From NCBI GenBank assembly GCA_027923505.1, contig BROI01000015.1:186001-250000 (forward strand): 64,000 nucleotides of DNA, read 5' to 3'. Below the pieces are notes generated by a model. That model saw only the letters and a list, made by a program, of their open reading frames with translations, was not told the DNA's origin and ran no database searches. The position numbers and the translations under genes are program-made. Within the stretch, counting starts at the first letter, position 1. The number at the start of each line of letters is the position of its first letter. Of this stretch, positions 1 through 11,322 are shown in pieces. The DNA is from Mayamaea pseudoterrestris. Lineage: Eukaryota.

Positions 1-48
1 GAATATAAAACTTATCATTATCGCACTTAAGCTTTTCGACACCAACCT

Positions 49-786
49 TTACCCCCTGTTCTTGTCGCTTTCGAGCAATGCCTTGATTTGCTTTTGCCAT
101 TCAACTTCCTCTTGCCGCATTTCCTTGTACTTTTCATCCACGGTGCGCCTCCAATCCTCCACATTGACGCCTTCACCAGCCCACGCTGGAACGTCATCGC
201 CGAGCCATCGCGTTAGAACAGGAACGCCAATATCTTTGCCTTGCTGCTGTCGCTCAGCAAGTAGCTTTAGCTTTTTCTTAAGTTTCTCTGTAATCACCAA
301 AGACCGATAGAAAGATGAGCAAACAAGTTCATGCCAGCAAACGTGGACATGCCATGCATGCGAACAAAAACACGTACTTTCACCTTCGACCCAACGATTA
401 GCTCCCTGTAGACCACCATCGGACAAAATTGAAGAGTCTCTTTCTGCAATTGGTGGCTTTTGATGTCCATGTTCGGCCCACCAGTCCATCATTTCCCTCT
501 CCAGTTCATGCTCGGCAGCCAGTGCAGCGTTGGCAACATGTTCGGCTTCACGCTTCAGCAGATTGTCGTTCGGAGTCACCCAGTATGTAATAGCTGTCAC
601 AATAAACGCAAGACTAATCTGTACGACAAAACGAAGATTGCTGGTGTTGGCGGCATTCTTTTTCTTCTCGTCAAAGTCACGATAATCCTTGTTGCGCCGC
701 AATCCTGCAGCTTGAACATGACTGTGAGAAGGTGATGGCTTCTCTCGTACAGAGTCCTCGCCAGAAGCGTTTCGTGCGCGCCGCAT
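49..786 (-). CDS. Hypothetical single-TM protein with coiled-coil C-terminus; one in-frame intron (288-377)
   Basis: ORF 49..813, first ATG at 786; hydrophobic segment VVQISLAFIVTAITYWV; 90-bp GTACGT...TACAG intron joins EGE|KKLK. Confidence 0.7.
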   Translation of the reverse strand: MRRARNASGEDSVREKPSPSHSHVQAAGLRRNKDYRDFDEKKKNAANTSNLRFVVQISLAFIVTAITYWVTPNDNLLKREAEHVANAALAAEHELEREMMDWWAEHGHQKPPIAERDSSILSDGGLQGANRWVEGESTCFCSHAWHVHVCWHELVCSSFYRSLVITEKLKKKLKLLAERQQQGKDIGVPVLTRWLGDDVPAWAGEGVNVEDWRRTVDEKYKEMRQEEVEWQKQIKALLESDKNRG

Positions 787-1129
787 GAAATCGTTCAGGT
801 TTCTTTTGAGCAAGCAGTTGTTGATTTAGATAGAACTGCGCGCTCTTTGAATGCAATGTAAGTCGCATCAAGAAATCTTGTGCACAACCTTTCGTCATTT
901 AGGTCATCGCTTGCCATCAGGCGATGCTTAAGTCAGTTAGTCGCAGCGTTACCCAGAATAGGCGACGCACCGGTACTTGTGTGACAGGGAAACGGACGAC
1001 CAAACTTCCGTCACAGAAATCGTCCGCAACAACCGCCGTATCTAATTGAGTGCACATGCAACGATAGATTCATATGATTTAGTTGTAAATTTGCTTTGAT
1101 AATACTCTGCATCCAAAGGAAACCCGCAA

Positions 1130-2416
1130 ATGGCCGTAGGACCGACTCGTGAGGCCGTCCAGCAGCGTTTCAACTTTCCTCAACCTGACGCAGGGCATGC
1201 AACTGGGGTGACGAGATTTGCCGTTATGACAAGCGTAGCGCTGGTCGTCTCTGACTGTCACTTCGCGGATCGTACGGTCCGTCCGATGTCGAATCCTTGC
1301 ACTGGCTGCCGTCTTAGCTGCTTGGTTGTTTTGGACAGCGCTGAGAATCCATCGTCACGCGACGAAGCCGAAATATGGCTTAATGATCGAGTCCAAGACA
1401 TTGACAAGGTGACAATACTATTTGATAGAGAAGGGGGATTTGGTTCCATGTTGATGAATCCCAAGATTGATGCCGTATACATCATCACACCTCCAGCTTT
1501 GCAGCACGTCTGCGTCATGAAGTCGCTTGAAGCACGTAAGCATGTACTCGTCTTTGACGCAGTCTCTCAGCCCCTTGCCGAGTTTGTTCCGCAGCTTGAC
1601 TTAGCTGTAAGACAAAAGCGATTCCTTCAATCGAGTACCATGTTTGTTCACCATCATCGCGTCCAGACTTTTTTGGAATCGGTACGCGCTGATACCTTTG
1701 GAACAATCGAGTCCATCGATGTGGTGCTGTTGATTAATGAAGATGATCTAGCATTAATAGGAATTGATATGCCATTGGAGCCGGGGAACGGCTGCATTCG
1801 TCGACTCGGCCGCTTTGGTGTTCTCATGAGTCTTCTTCTGCTGACGCACACAACTGGAAGCCGACCAATTTCCGCACAAGTTTCCGAGTACGAGGGTCTG
1901 TCTGATATCCCCACGACGGCCAAGGGAAGTGTGACATTTTCGAATAACTGCAAGCTCCATTTCACCGTGTCATACTCGAATACGACGGCGCCAACTCGAC
2001 AGTTGCTGGAAGTGCGCTCAGCGGAGCGCTACGCTACCATGACGGACTTTGTGGTCCCGCACCCGGATGGCTTGGCGACTTATCGCATCTATGACTATAA
2101 GCGCGAGGAAGACTTACGGTACACGACGTTGGATGTCGTACGCGGCGAGTGTGTCGATGTGGCTTCGGGACCGCCGCAGGACGTCATGATGTGGAGACGA
2201 TTTTCGCGGCTTACGCGCCTAGTGGAACAACAAGGCTACTATGAAAGTAAGGAGGCTATTTCATCAATTGCGCTGTCCAACATATCGATTCAAACCAAAC
2301 AGGTACTTTTGGCGTTGGAGGAGAGTGTTGTCACTGGTTTGGAAGTGCCGATTGCGCTTCAAGATTTTGAGACAATGCGAGCACATCAGCGTCAGCCGAG
2401 ATTAGAAAGCTTTTAA
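1130..2416 (+). CDS. Divergent Gfo/Idh/MocA-family oxidoreductase-like protein
   Basis: 428-aa ORF; NPKIDAVYIITPPALQH...SLEARKHVLV and GNGCIRRLG resemble the family motifs (D-V-I-TP...H, GKHVLCEKP, GGGxLxDxG). Confidence 0.65.
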   Translation: MAVGPTREAVQQRFNFPQPDAGHATGVTRFAVMTSVALVVSDCHFADRTVRPMSNPCTGCRLSCLVVLDSAENPSSRDEAEIWLNDRVQDIDKVTILFDREGGFGSMLMNPKIDAVYIITPPALQHVCVMKSLEARKHVLVFDAVSQPLAEFVPQLDLAVRQKRFLQSSTMFVHHHRVQTFLESVRADTFGTIESIDVVLLINEDDLALIGIDMPLEPGNGCIRRLGRFGVLMSLLLLTHTTGSRPISAQVSEYEGLSDIPTTAKGSVTFSNNCKLHFTVSYSNTTAPTRQLLEVRSAERYATMTDFVVPHPDGLATYRIYDYKREEDLRYTTLDVVRGECVDVASGPPQDVMMWRRFSRLTRLVEQQGYYESKEAISSIALSNISIQTKQVLLALEESVVTGLEVPIALQDFETMRAHQRQPRLESF

Positions 2417-2460
2417 ACATTTTATATATATGAAGACATGTTGTATGTATGCATGAGAAA

Positions 2461-3333
2461 TTACAGATTTCTTATCTGATTGTAGAATCGCATCGACCAG
2501 TTGTCATACCCTTCCAGTATGACAAACGCCACTATTATGTATCGCTTTCCCGATGTAATGCCATGCCCACCATGCAGCAGCGCTGACGCATGGCTCACCA
2601 TGTGCCCTTGCTCCACCTTGATGGCTCCATCATTCTCACGGAGACTGGCAAACCATGTGCCACCTCCTTCATATTCGTCGGCAGGATTAAGCGCAATGTT
2701 AAACGAAACAACGGATCCATCGCGGTGCGGCTTGAGCTCCGTCTGACCACCCAGTGCATCGTACTTGACAACAAACCCATCAACGACGCGCAAATTGCCA
2801 GCATCTGGCAAAGCGTCGGCAAACTGATGTCGCAGCATTGGATATATGCGTTCTTCCAGTGCAACCTTTAGTAGACTAAGTGTATCTGGGAGTTCAACGA
2901 GAGGAAGGTCCGTTGTAGGAAAATTTCCATGTCGATTTTTGGTCCATGCCATGATGGAGGCCACTCGCTCAGCTTCGCTAATAATGGATTGGCATTCAAG
3001 TGAAGTAAACAGCGGCTGCTTTGTCGTGTGGAGCAAATTGCTTTCTCGAAATGGAATGTAGGAATTATAATCATCTGATGTGAACTTCTTTTCATTAATA
3101 GTACACCTTCCTCTCTCCTCATTGGTTAGTAGGTAAAAATGTTTCGTTTGGGAGTAAGCGGGGACATGTAGTTCGGAAACGGATAGTCGCGTCGTGGACT
3201 GCCGTTTCGCCAAGCCCAATCTTGGCACAAGAACGTTCGAAGTTTCAAATCCCAATGAATGAGGTGAGCGAGCTCCCAGTGTTATCCATAGAATAGCCGC
3301 AAAATGGACATGTCGTTGGTGTTTTACTACCAT
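2461..3333 (-). CDS. 2OG-Fe(II) oxygenase (prolyl/lysyl hydroxylase-like) with N-terminal targeting peptide
   Basis: FVVKYD...LKPHRDGS (HxD), EYEGGGTWF, LLHGGHGITSGKRYIIVAF (distal H and R). Confidence 0.85.
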   Translation of the reverse strand: MVVKHQRHVHFAAILWITLGARSPHSLGFETSNVLVPRLGLAKRQSTTRLSVSELHVPAYSQTKHFYLLTNEERGRCTINEKKFTSDDYNSYIPFRESNLLHTTKQPLFTSLECQSIISEAERVASIMAWTKNRHGNFPTTDLPLVELPDTLSLLKVALEERIYPMLRHQFADALPDAGNLRVVDGFVVKYDALGGQTELKPHRDGSVVSFNIALNPADEYEGGGTWFASLRENDGAIKVEQGHMVSHASALLHGGHGITSGKRYIIVAFVILEGYDNWSMRFYNQIRNL

Positions 3334-3617
3334 GATGGGTGGCAAGCTTGGAAGTGAGTGCGATATAGGTGTCGTGCGAGTGATGGAAGGATAAAAAGTG
3401 CGTCACAAAGTTCTTCAAAACGTCCTTGTGTCTGACGCTGGAAACGGATGCGATGGAAGGCGCGCCTTCCAACCCTGCCTGCCGCGAAAGCACACCATCG
3501 CGTTCCTCCTCCACCTATACCATAAAGTTAGGCCTACCGATAGTTCCGGCTTCGTGAGGTGGAGATATATTTTGTTGCCACTTCGTACAAGAGGCGTCGT
3601 AGAGCCATCGCTGGCAA

Positions 3618-4385
3618 ATGATTCACAGTCAATCGCGACGATGGTGGAGCCAAAGAAACAAGCAAGCCGTTTGCATCGCGTTCGGCATTAGCGCACTACT
3701 TATCATCGGTCTTTTCGTGACAACGAACCGACGACTTCAAAGAGATTTGAATCGAGCAAATGATCCTTGCTGGAGCGCAGTGAATCGCATCAAGAGAGGT
3801 AAATTGTTAGGATGTTAGGAACGTATTGCCGTTCTGCCATTCTGTTCTCTGCTCTTACTTTTATTATTCTTCCTTTACTTTTTAGCAAATGTGCAGCTCG
3901 TCGCGTTTGACTTTGACGCAACAATCATCGACATTCATACCGGCGGTCGCTGGAAAGGAACGGCTGCAGAGCTTTCTAAGCATGTTCGTCCCACCTTCCA
4001 GTGTTTTGTCAAGTACTGCCTCGAAGGAGGGATTCATGTTTCAGTTGCCACTTTTAGCACGCAGACTGAGCTCATTGCAGCTGTTCTAACCCATTCTATA
4101 GACCATACTGATGCAAACGCAATTCCTGTGTTTGGTGACGATGATCGATCAGAAGGAAAGCAGAGTCAACTGCTCTTATCGATGAACCATTTCAACCAGA
4201 TTCGATCGCAACGTAGCAATCCTATTACACCAGCGAATACGCTTCTTGTCGATGACGACTCTGATAATATACAAGCGGCAAAGGCCGATGGCTATAATAC
4301 GATGCACTTCCGCCCAGGAAGTTCTATTTTCACCTTGAACATGGCACGAGCAGCGGAGCCTGCACAACGTAAAGGTACAGCTTGA
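3618..4385 (+). CDS. HAD-superfamily phosphatase with N-terminal TM anchor; intron 3799-3885
   Basis: VAFDFDATI (DxD motif I), VSVATFS (II), GK (III), LLVDDD (IV); GTAAAT...TTTAG intron joins ORFs 3618 and 3891 in frame. Confidence 0.8.
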
Positions 4386-4544
4386 TGAGAAGAGCGAGGG
4401 CATCGTTTTTAAGGTGCCACATTTACTGAGGTTGAAAATATATGGAATTGACGGGACGCCCAATCGACGTGCCGTCACTGTCAAGGTTGTCGAGCGGAGC
4501 TCAAGTCACGTGATCATAGTCATTGGCGGTGTTACACCTTTCGT

Positions 4545-5246
4545 TTATCGATCTCGCATCTGTCGGAGCTTGAACGGCGGAGGAGGAATTCCCACAATCC
4601 TTGGCTGTGGTTTTTTTGCGACGACGGGGCTTTGGTCCGATGATTCTGCGTGCGAAAGCGCTGCTGCAGCCTCGACAAACAGCTGTTCATCAGCTGACAT
4701 TTCTCGATACGCGCTGCTTTCTGTGCTTGCAAAAGCAGCGGGGGATTGTTCGCCGTATATAATCGTAGTCGGAGATTGACCTTTTGTCTGACATGTTATC
4801 CGCCTCGCAACGGCTTGGTTGAAAGGGAGCATGTTTACAAGCTGTGGTGGGCCAGCTAGGGGTCTGCCAGCAGGCGGAATCATGGATGGTTTGTTCGTCA
4901 CATTGCACGAATAAGTTTGTAAGGTTTGCATTGGCATGACGTGGCCGTGGCTCGTATCCGTGATCGATACTCCCGCAGTAGGAGTAGGAGAACTGAATCG
5001 GGCTGAATGTAATCCGGTAGATGTGTCACAGTTTTCCACGACAGTTGGAAATCCCGATATCAAGACGCTGTGCATCGGTAGGTGCAGTTTGTGGCGAGAA
5101 TCGATTATGCGACTCAAGTGAGCCCCTGAAGGTTCCTTCATTTGTTTTTGCAGCTGAAGCCCTGCATGCTTTGATTCAGTTGGTGGAGCGAATGCCCCGT
5201 CGAGCCTCATTGCTGTGCCAGTGGAGGTGTTAAAATGTATTTCCAT
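4545..5246 (-). CDS. Hypothetical, probably disordered Pro/Ser/Thr-rich protein
   Basis: 233-aa ATG-initiated ORF filling an intergenic gap; no recognisable domain. Confidence 0.45.
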   Translation of the reverse strand: MEIHFNTSTGTAMRLDGAFAPPTESKHAGLQLQKQMKEPSGAHLSRIIDSRHKLHLPMHSVLISGFPTVVENCDTSTGLHSARFSSPTPTAGVSITDTSHGHVMPMQTLQTYSCNVTNKPSMIPPAGRPLAGPPQLVNMLPFNQAVARRITCQTKGQSPTTIIYGEQSPAAFASTESSAYREMSADEQLFVEAAAALSHAESSDQSPVVAKKPQPRIVGIPPPPFKLRQMRDR

Positions 5247-6059
5247 TTGTATAGTCCTCTCAATTTAGAGAGAATTGCTGCTCGTGTGGGAGATTCGTGG
5301 CAAAACTCCTTCAAACTTCAGGCACCAAGCGACGGGGAGAATGGGAAGTGATGATTTTCCAATGACATACGCCATTGACCTTGCAAGGTTCAACGTCAGT
5401 CAATTCTTCGACTGATGATGCACTTTGCGCAGCTCCTCTGTTCGCAGCCACGACGAATCTTCCCAGAACACTATTGCCCTAGAAAGCTCGGCCGTGCTTT
5501 GTCATTCAATGACCTTGATATACTCGGAGTAGCCGTTTGCCGACACCCCGTATTAGGTGTCATTGGTTGTTATGAGTGATGTAATGCCGGGAAGTGCTGG
5601 AAGTTTGCAACAAAAACACCCGAAGATTGTGAACACCTGGCTGACACGTAGGTTAGGGTGCAGTTGGTTTGGCTAGCATCAAGAGTTGTACCAGTAGTTG
5701 CCTTTCAATTTTGAATACCTTTCCTTTAAACTACCGTATCATAACGTATAGGCCGTCGTAGGCGAGGAGCTTGACATACTATTGTAGCTATAATTGGTCG
5801 CAACAGCGAGTTCAAGTATGAGTTCCCTTCAACGAGAAGGCGGAGCTGCTTGGCTTGCCTTTGTACCGAAGTTGAATATCAAGTGTGGCTTATTTTGGCA
5901 ATACATTTCACATCTTGATGAGCGATGACTCTAAAGCACCCAGCAGACTCATGATGGGCATGGAAGACGCGTAATACCAAACCATCAACGATTCGTAGAG
6001 ACTACCTTGTACTCGTGCAGATTTCGTTGAAAGATAATTGGGTAACAATAGATCAGAAG

Positions 6060-6953
6060 CTACAGTGTTCCGGCTTGCAACTTTTGAATGAACTTGCGTC
6101 TAGTATCAGCCAGCGACGCGATAATGTCGTTCGAAACGGCTTTGAGTACCGCCGCACTGCCTTGCTGTTGCATTTTCTCTTTCGTTGTGGGCAATATTTT
6201 AATCAGATTCGAGGGAAACACCACCCGTATTTGAAGTTTTATGTCGATTTGAAAGGTAAAAGCATCTTCGTCTTCCTTGACGATGGAGACGATGCTCGTG
6301 GCCGTAGCATCCCTCAAACTGTAGCGATCAGGATCAGGGTCGTCTTGATTAACCCCGGTAAGCTTGTTGTAAATCCAGACCATCGGAGGCGAACCTGAAA
6401 CTTTCTTTCTCTCCCCGATCAAGATGAACACGTACTCTGGCAAGCCATTTGCGTCCGTCCTCGTCTTGACTCCATTGAGGACGGTTGTTACTTGTCGGAG
6501 CCCCGGAAACTGTATTACTGCATCAGAAGCGAAAACTTCATCCTTCTCAGTGGGTAGAAAGACTGAATCATATGTAGAGTTCGCGTTGCCACAAGCATTG
6601 TGCCATAGCTCGAGTACGTCGGATGGCAGTGGAGTCGGATATCTATTCACCTCATTCTTTCCGCCCGCACCGATCAGGGATACTGGCGTACTTGGCGAGC
6701 TGAAGAAGTCCATAATCTGTTGTTGTGTACAACCTGAGATGGCGTCCGACTTGTACACAGAGTCCCCAGTGAAGACGAGGGTTTCCTTTGCGGCTTGTAA
6801 TGTTAAAGGTGTACTACCGTTAACGGCAGCAGTGGCGGACGTGCGTAGGGTGGCTGGATGGCTACGTGGGGATCGAATGAGAAAAGAATCGACTCTTCTG
6901 CCGAATGACATAACCACTGCAAGACATAGTGAAGTTATACGAAAGAAGATCAT
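6060..6953 (-). CDS. Uncharacterised protein with bipartite plastid-type presequence
   Basis: 297-aa ORF; signal peptide followed by VDS-FLI and a basic transit-like stretch. Confidence 0.7.
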   Translation of the reverse strand: MIFFRITSLCLAVVMSFGRRVDSFLIRSPRSHPATLRTSATAAVNGSTPLTLQAAKETLVFTGDSVYKSDAISGCTQQQIMDFFSSPSTPVSLIGAGGKNEVNRYPTPLPSDVLELWHNACGNANSTYDSVFLPTEKDEVFASDAVIQFPGLRQVTTVLNGVKTRTDANGLPEYVFILIGERKKVSGSPPMVWIYNKLTGVNQDDPDPDRYSLRDATATSIVSIVKEDEDAFTFQIDIKLQIRVVFPSNLIKILPTTKEKMQQQGSAAVLKAVSNDIIASLADTRRKFIQKLQAGTL

Positions 6954-7210
6954 AACGTAGCCGGTTGTAGTCTCTTTTGGTCGTCGCTGTGAGGTGTGGC
7001 CCCAAGGGAGAGGTAAAAGGGTCGAACGAACGAATGAATGAATTTGATTACGTCATTGAATCGGCTCGCTCGCTGCGCGGCAGATTTTTCGTTTCATCTT
7101 GAGGTGCGATCCTTTGACGATCGACGATGGGGAATTCCGCAAGAACAGTATGCATACACAATTGTCCAACGAGTCTTGGTCGATAGTAAAAACTACCACA
7201 AGATCTCGCA

Positions 7211-7886
7211 ATGATGAAAGCGAGATCTCTGCTTGTATCGTGTTTCGTTGCCGTCATTTTCGATTGTGCTGCCGATGCATTTCGCTTGACAACGCTGCAG
7301 CAGCCGCCATGTAGGCGGCAATTCGTCGAAGCTCTGGTCACGGCAGCAGGCGTTATGCCTATGGCATCCATTCTTAATCCTAAAATCGCATATGCTTCGG
7401 GCGGTGCTACAGCTGGAGGTGTCTACTTGTTGTCGGCGAAGCAACGTTACAACGATCGCGTCAAGGCAGGTATCAAGGGTTTTCTCGCGCTTGGACCAGA
7501 CATTGATACTGGAAACCTAAACAATATTCGACCATACTTTGCGCAGGAAGAGACTGGCAGTTGGAAGGACTTATCAACGGCTGGCTATCTTCTGGCTAAC
7601 GCATTTCGGCGCAATAGTACAGCATCACCTGATTCCCTGCCATCGGTCAAGGTAAGCGTGGTTGTCAATCTGAAATTGACAATGGCCATGTGCGATTTGC
7701 TAACTTCTATATATCCTTTTTCTTTCACTGTAGAAATGGAAGGCATTTGCTGCGCAAGTGGAGGCCTTGGTTAAGGCACTCAAAGGCAAGAACAGCGCCG
7801 CTGCTCAAGCTGCCTATCAGGCTGGAGTGGCTGCGTTAGATGACTACTTAACACTAGTAGAGTTGCCTCTGGCCAGAGACTTGTAG
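7211..7886 (+). CDS. Plastid (thylakoid-lumen type) helical protein, PsbQ-like fold suspected; intron 7652-7733
   Basis: ADA-FRL cleavage motif, RR + hydrophobic + AYA lumen-targeting signal; GTAAGC...TAG intron gives exon 2 KWKAFAAQVEAL...LVELPLARDL*. Confidence 0.65.
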
Positions 7887-8299
7887 TAGCGATGGACATG
7901 GAACAGACGATGTCTCCTTTCAGCAGCATGGTGTACTGCCGACAACAGACATGTCAAGTTTAACAATATTACATTTCACAATATAGCTAGGGATGCACAA
8001 TTATGCATATGCTTACGTTCATCTTGCTTGCAAATCAATTCTATCCGTTCATATGCATATACATACCGGCAGTTGCTTACAATCAATTACATTTATACAT
8101 GTGAAGAGATAGATAGCTAACATGTATTTCCCCTCTGCATAATGTTTGGGGTCGTATCCTGCATTGGAGCATATGAGAAAGATACCTTTCAATTATCGCC
8201 ACTTTGCACAAGTCGCACCGACATTTTCGCGAGTGCGTCCAGCGACCTGCCGCACCTCCACACACGCTGCACCAAGCAACGACACGACGACCTTGCGCA

Positions 8300-8788
8300 A
8301 TGTCTGTGAACATGGCCACTGAGAAGAAGATTGGAACCGAATCAAATCCAATGAATATTGCAACCATCTCTGCCGGTTTCGAAAAAGGTGACTTCCTCGT
8401 TCGCGAGGAGCAAGGAAACCGCGTCTACTTTGATTTCTTCGAGGAGGTGCGTTCATGGTTGCTTCCAATCCGAGTGGTCGAGATTGGGTTACTTCATGTA
8501 GTTCGTCTCTTATCTGACCAACGTTCCTCCTTCCCACAGGCTTTCAATTACATTTCCAACAAAGGATACTCGCGCATGTCGCGAGAGGATGAGAAGCATT
8601 GGGTTGATTTGATGAACGTCATTCATGACAGCGTCAAGGGAGGCATGAAATACAACACTGGAACGCTCCTCATGGTGCTCTCTCGACCTGTCTCGGAATC
8701 GCAAATCCACGCTGCCGAAAAGGCGGAGAAGCCACCGAAAAAAACCATGACTCCGTCCAAGGTTGATGCCAAGGTGCTCAATCCGTAA
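8300..8788 (+). CDS. Small hypothetical protein; in-frame intron 8447-8539
   Basis: ORF 8204..8788 with ATG at 8300; 93-bp GTGCGT...CACAG intron. Confidence 0.6.
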   Translation: MSVNMATEKKIGTESNPMNIATISAGFEKGDFLVREEQGNRVYFDFFEEVRSWLLPIRVVEIGLLHVVRLLSDQRSSFPQAFNYISNKGYSRMSREDEKHWVDLMNVIHDSVKGGMKYNTGTLLMVLSRPVSESQIHAAEKAEKPPKKTMTPSKVDAKVLNP

Positions 8789-8968
8789 AACAGCGCACGT
8801 GAACAAGTACCAATGGTTAGAACGACTGTAACCACGGTAGGTGTCTGCAGCAGGGTCGTACTTCAATTAAGTTGACCGTTTCAGTTAAATATATAAAAGA
8901 AAGTGATGTTCATTGGTATGCTACAATAGCCCGCATACTTATTTTCTTTGTGACTATATCGCGTAGCG

Positions 8969-11062
8969 CTACACACCCATGCCGCCGACTCCAGCCTTGA
9001 AGGCTTGCTTTTCTCGCACTTTCTGTGCCACCTTTAATATGCTTCGTAGCTGCTTCACATTCAGTGACTGTTTCTTGCTTGGTTGCAGTTGATGCGAAGT
9101 GCTTTCGCCATAATCAATCGAACTGTGAAGCAACTCAATGAAGGAGTCCAGTCGCTAGAAGCGCGGGAAAGGTTACAGTGTCAGTGAAGTCTCAGAATGC
9201 TTGCAATAGCAGTATAATCTGGTATGCTTACTCACATCAAGGGATCCACCAATCTCTTTCACTATCATACTATTCGTTTCGTCGGGGGCGACTTTTAAAC
9301 AATATGCCAATAGTCGAAGGTTCGAGCCCTTTTCGTCCTGCCCGAAAGCTCCCTCTGCCTTAATGCGATTACGCAGCAACGTCAAAAGCAGCAGAAGCTT
9401 TTCAGGTGCTGACTCAGGTAAAGCAGCTTCCGGTGCTGAAGCAGCTTTTGTTCTCCGGTACTCGTCCTGCAACATTTTTTTAACATTTGGATTGTTGGGG
9501 TCGAGGCTTTCGATTCGATCTCCGTCCTCCATCGATACCGTCCAAAGCTGGTTAACAGAATCAAGCTGATCAATTGCGTCCACTCTTGCTTCCATGGCAT
9601 TGGCCCGATCAGTGACTAATTGCTCAACTCGCTTCTCCTGCTGTCGAATAGCATCATTCAAATAATCCAACAGCGAATCGTTCAGCTCGCCCGCAGCATC
9701 GCTCGTATCGTCGCTCGATCGCGTCATACTCGACAAGCACATATCCAAGCCCTCCACGCCTTCCGAGACCAGCTTGTCAAGTAAAAGTGTCGTGGTCTCA
9801 CGTGCAATGCGCCGCACTTCAGCGCGTCGATAGCCCTCTAAAAAAGCTCGCACCTTGGACAGTTCCTTATAGTGTCCGCCACCTTTTTCCAGATCGTCAC
9901 CCGCCATGCCATCGAGACCGATCGCTTGTATTTCGAATTGTTTCAGCACTTCCTGCAACACTTGCCCTCGATCCATGCGCAGAGCTTGGGAGGCTGCCGA
10001 AAGCACCTGCGTCGATACCTTGTTTGGTTGGAATCCAATGGGTCCCTGCAAGATATTTGAAAGTTTCGGAACACGCTTCTCCACTTCATCGTCATCGAAA
10101 TATTCATCGTCCATTTGTTCCGAGTATGCCGCAAGACCCGTCATGCACAGGAGCGAATCTACCAATTCGACAACCATGCCATGCGCGCGAGCAGCTTGCT
10201 CGTCGGATGCCTTGCCCCGACTCGATGCTGCCGCGTCCCATGGTTGGTCCCCACTATTACCCGAGCCGGCCGTCGAAAGTAGGCTATCCATAGCTTGTGA
10301 TGCTGCACCTGGCTGTGCTGCGGCTATGCCCGTCATGTCATTTTGATCCGTCGTCGAGTATACAGTGACGCTGCGTTCGCCCTTTTCATTTGGTTCCGAT
10401 AATGGAATTGGCGGTGCAGTAATCTGTTCGTTGGTGATCATGGCAACACCTTGTTTCTGTTTTAGTTCGTTTGGTTTTATCTCCTCTTGCTGTGACTTTG
10501 GCATAGGATAGTAAAAGATTGGTTCGTCTTCCTCTTCGTAATTATTGTCGTCTAGAGCACCATTGATGATTTCATATCTCTCCTTGGAATCTTCGGAGCC
10601 TTCTTCTACGCGCTGCTTTCGTTCCAGTATTCTTTGATGTTCCAATACTGCGTTTTGTTGTGCGAGCGCCCGAAGTCTTTCTAGCATATCGCGCTTAGTG
10701 CCCTTGGTTGAAAGCTGGAGACTGTTGCAGAGACTTTCGAGGTGCTCCTTGGTGACGGTTTGGAGAATGGTATCATCATCCATTATTTCTGTATCGGTGT
10801 CGCTTTTGCTTGTCGAATGTAAAAATTGAGGCATGCGGCTGCTAAAAGTCGGATGATTACTAAGTGAATCATGCGCAATTCGTTGACGCTGCATCAAAGG
10901 ATTCGTCGTCAACAGAAACGCCGATGCCAGTAGGAAGGGTTTCTGTGAATCGTATGTCGCTATTGTTACGAATAACAGTGTGAATTGCCGCCTTGTTAAT
11001 CGCATCTTTGCTATAACCGGGACGATCGAAAGATGTTTGATCTTTTTATTTTTGTCTGCCAT
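8969..11062 (-). CDS. SAP-domain protein, probably plastid-targeted; intron 9155-9235
   Basis: TKEHLESLCNSLQLSTKGTKRDMLERL matches the SAP consensus; ASA-FLL motif; spliced last exon RLDSFIELL...GMGV* ends at 8969. Confidence 0.75.
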
Positions 11063-11322
11063 CTTCGTTGGCTCTCCTCGACGCGATGCGCGACATCTGG
11101 AGTGCCGGTTGAAGTCGCAAGCGACAGCTCCTCACAGCCGCACCTTGGAGGCGCGGCGCTTGTGGTGCCGATCAAGAAGTTGTGTGACGACCGACCGAGG
11201 GATCGGAAACCAAGCAAACGTCCAGACTCATTCAAGCAGAGGGACTTGCACACTTTCAAGACTCGTCTTGATCCGTATTGAGAAGACACAAATAATTCAA
11301 ACGATCACAATAGCCAGTAACT

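Noticed and set aside
5247..6059. Unusually long intergenic gap as a possible RNA gene
   Set aside because: No recognisable structure or motif seen
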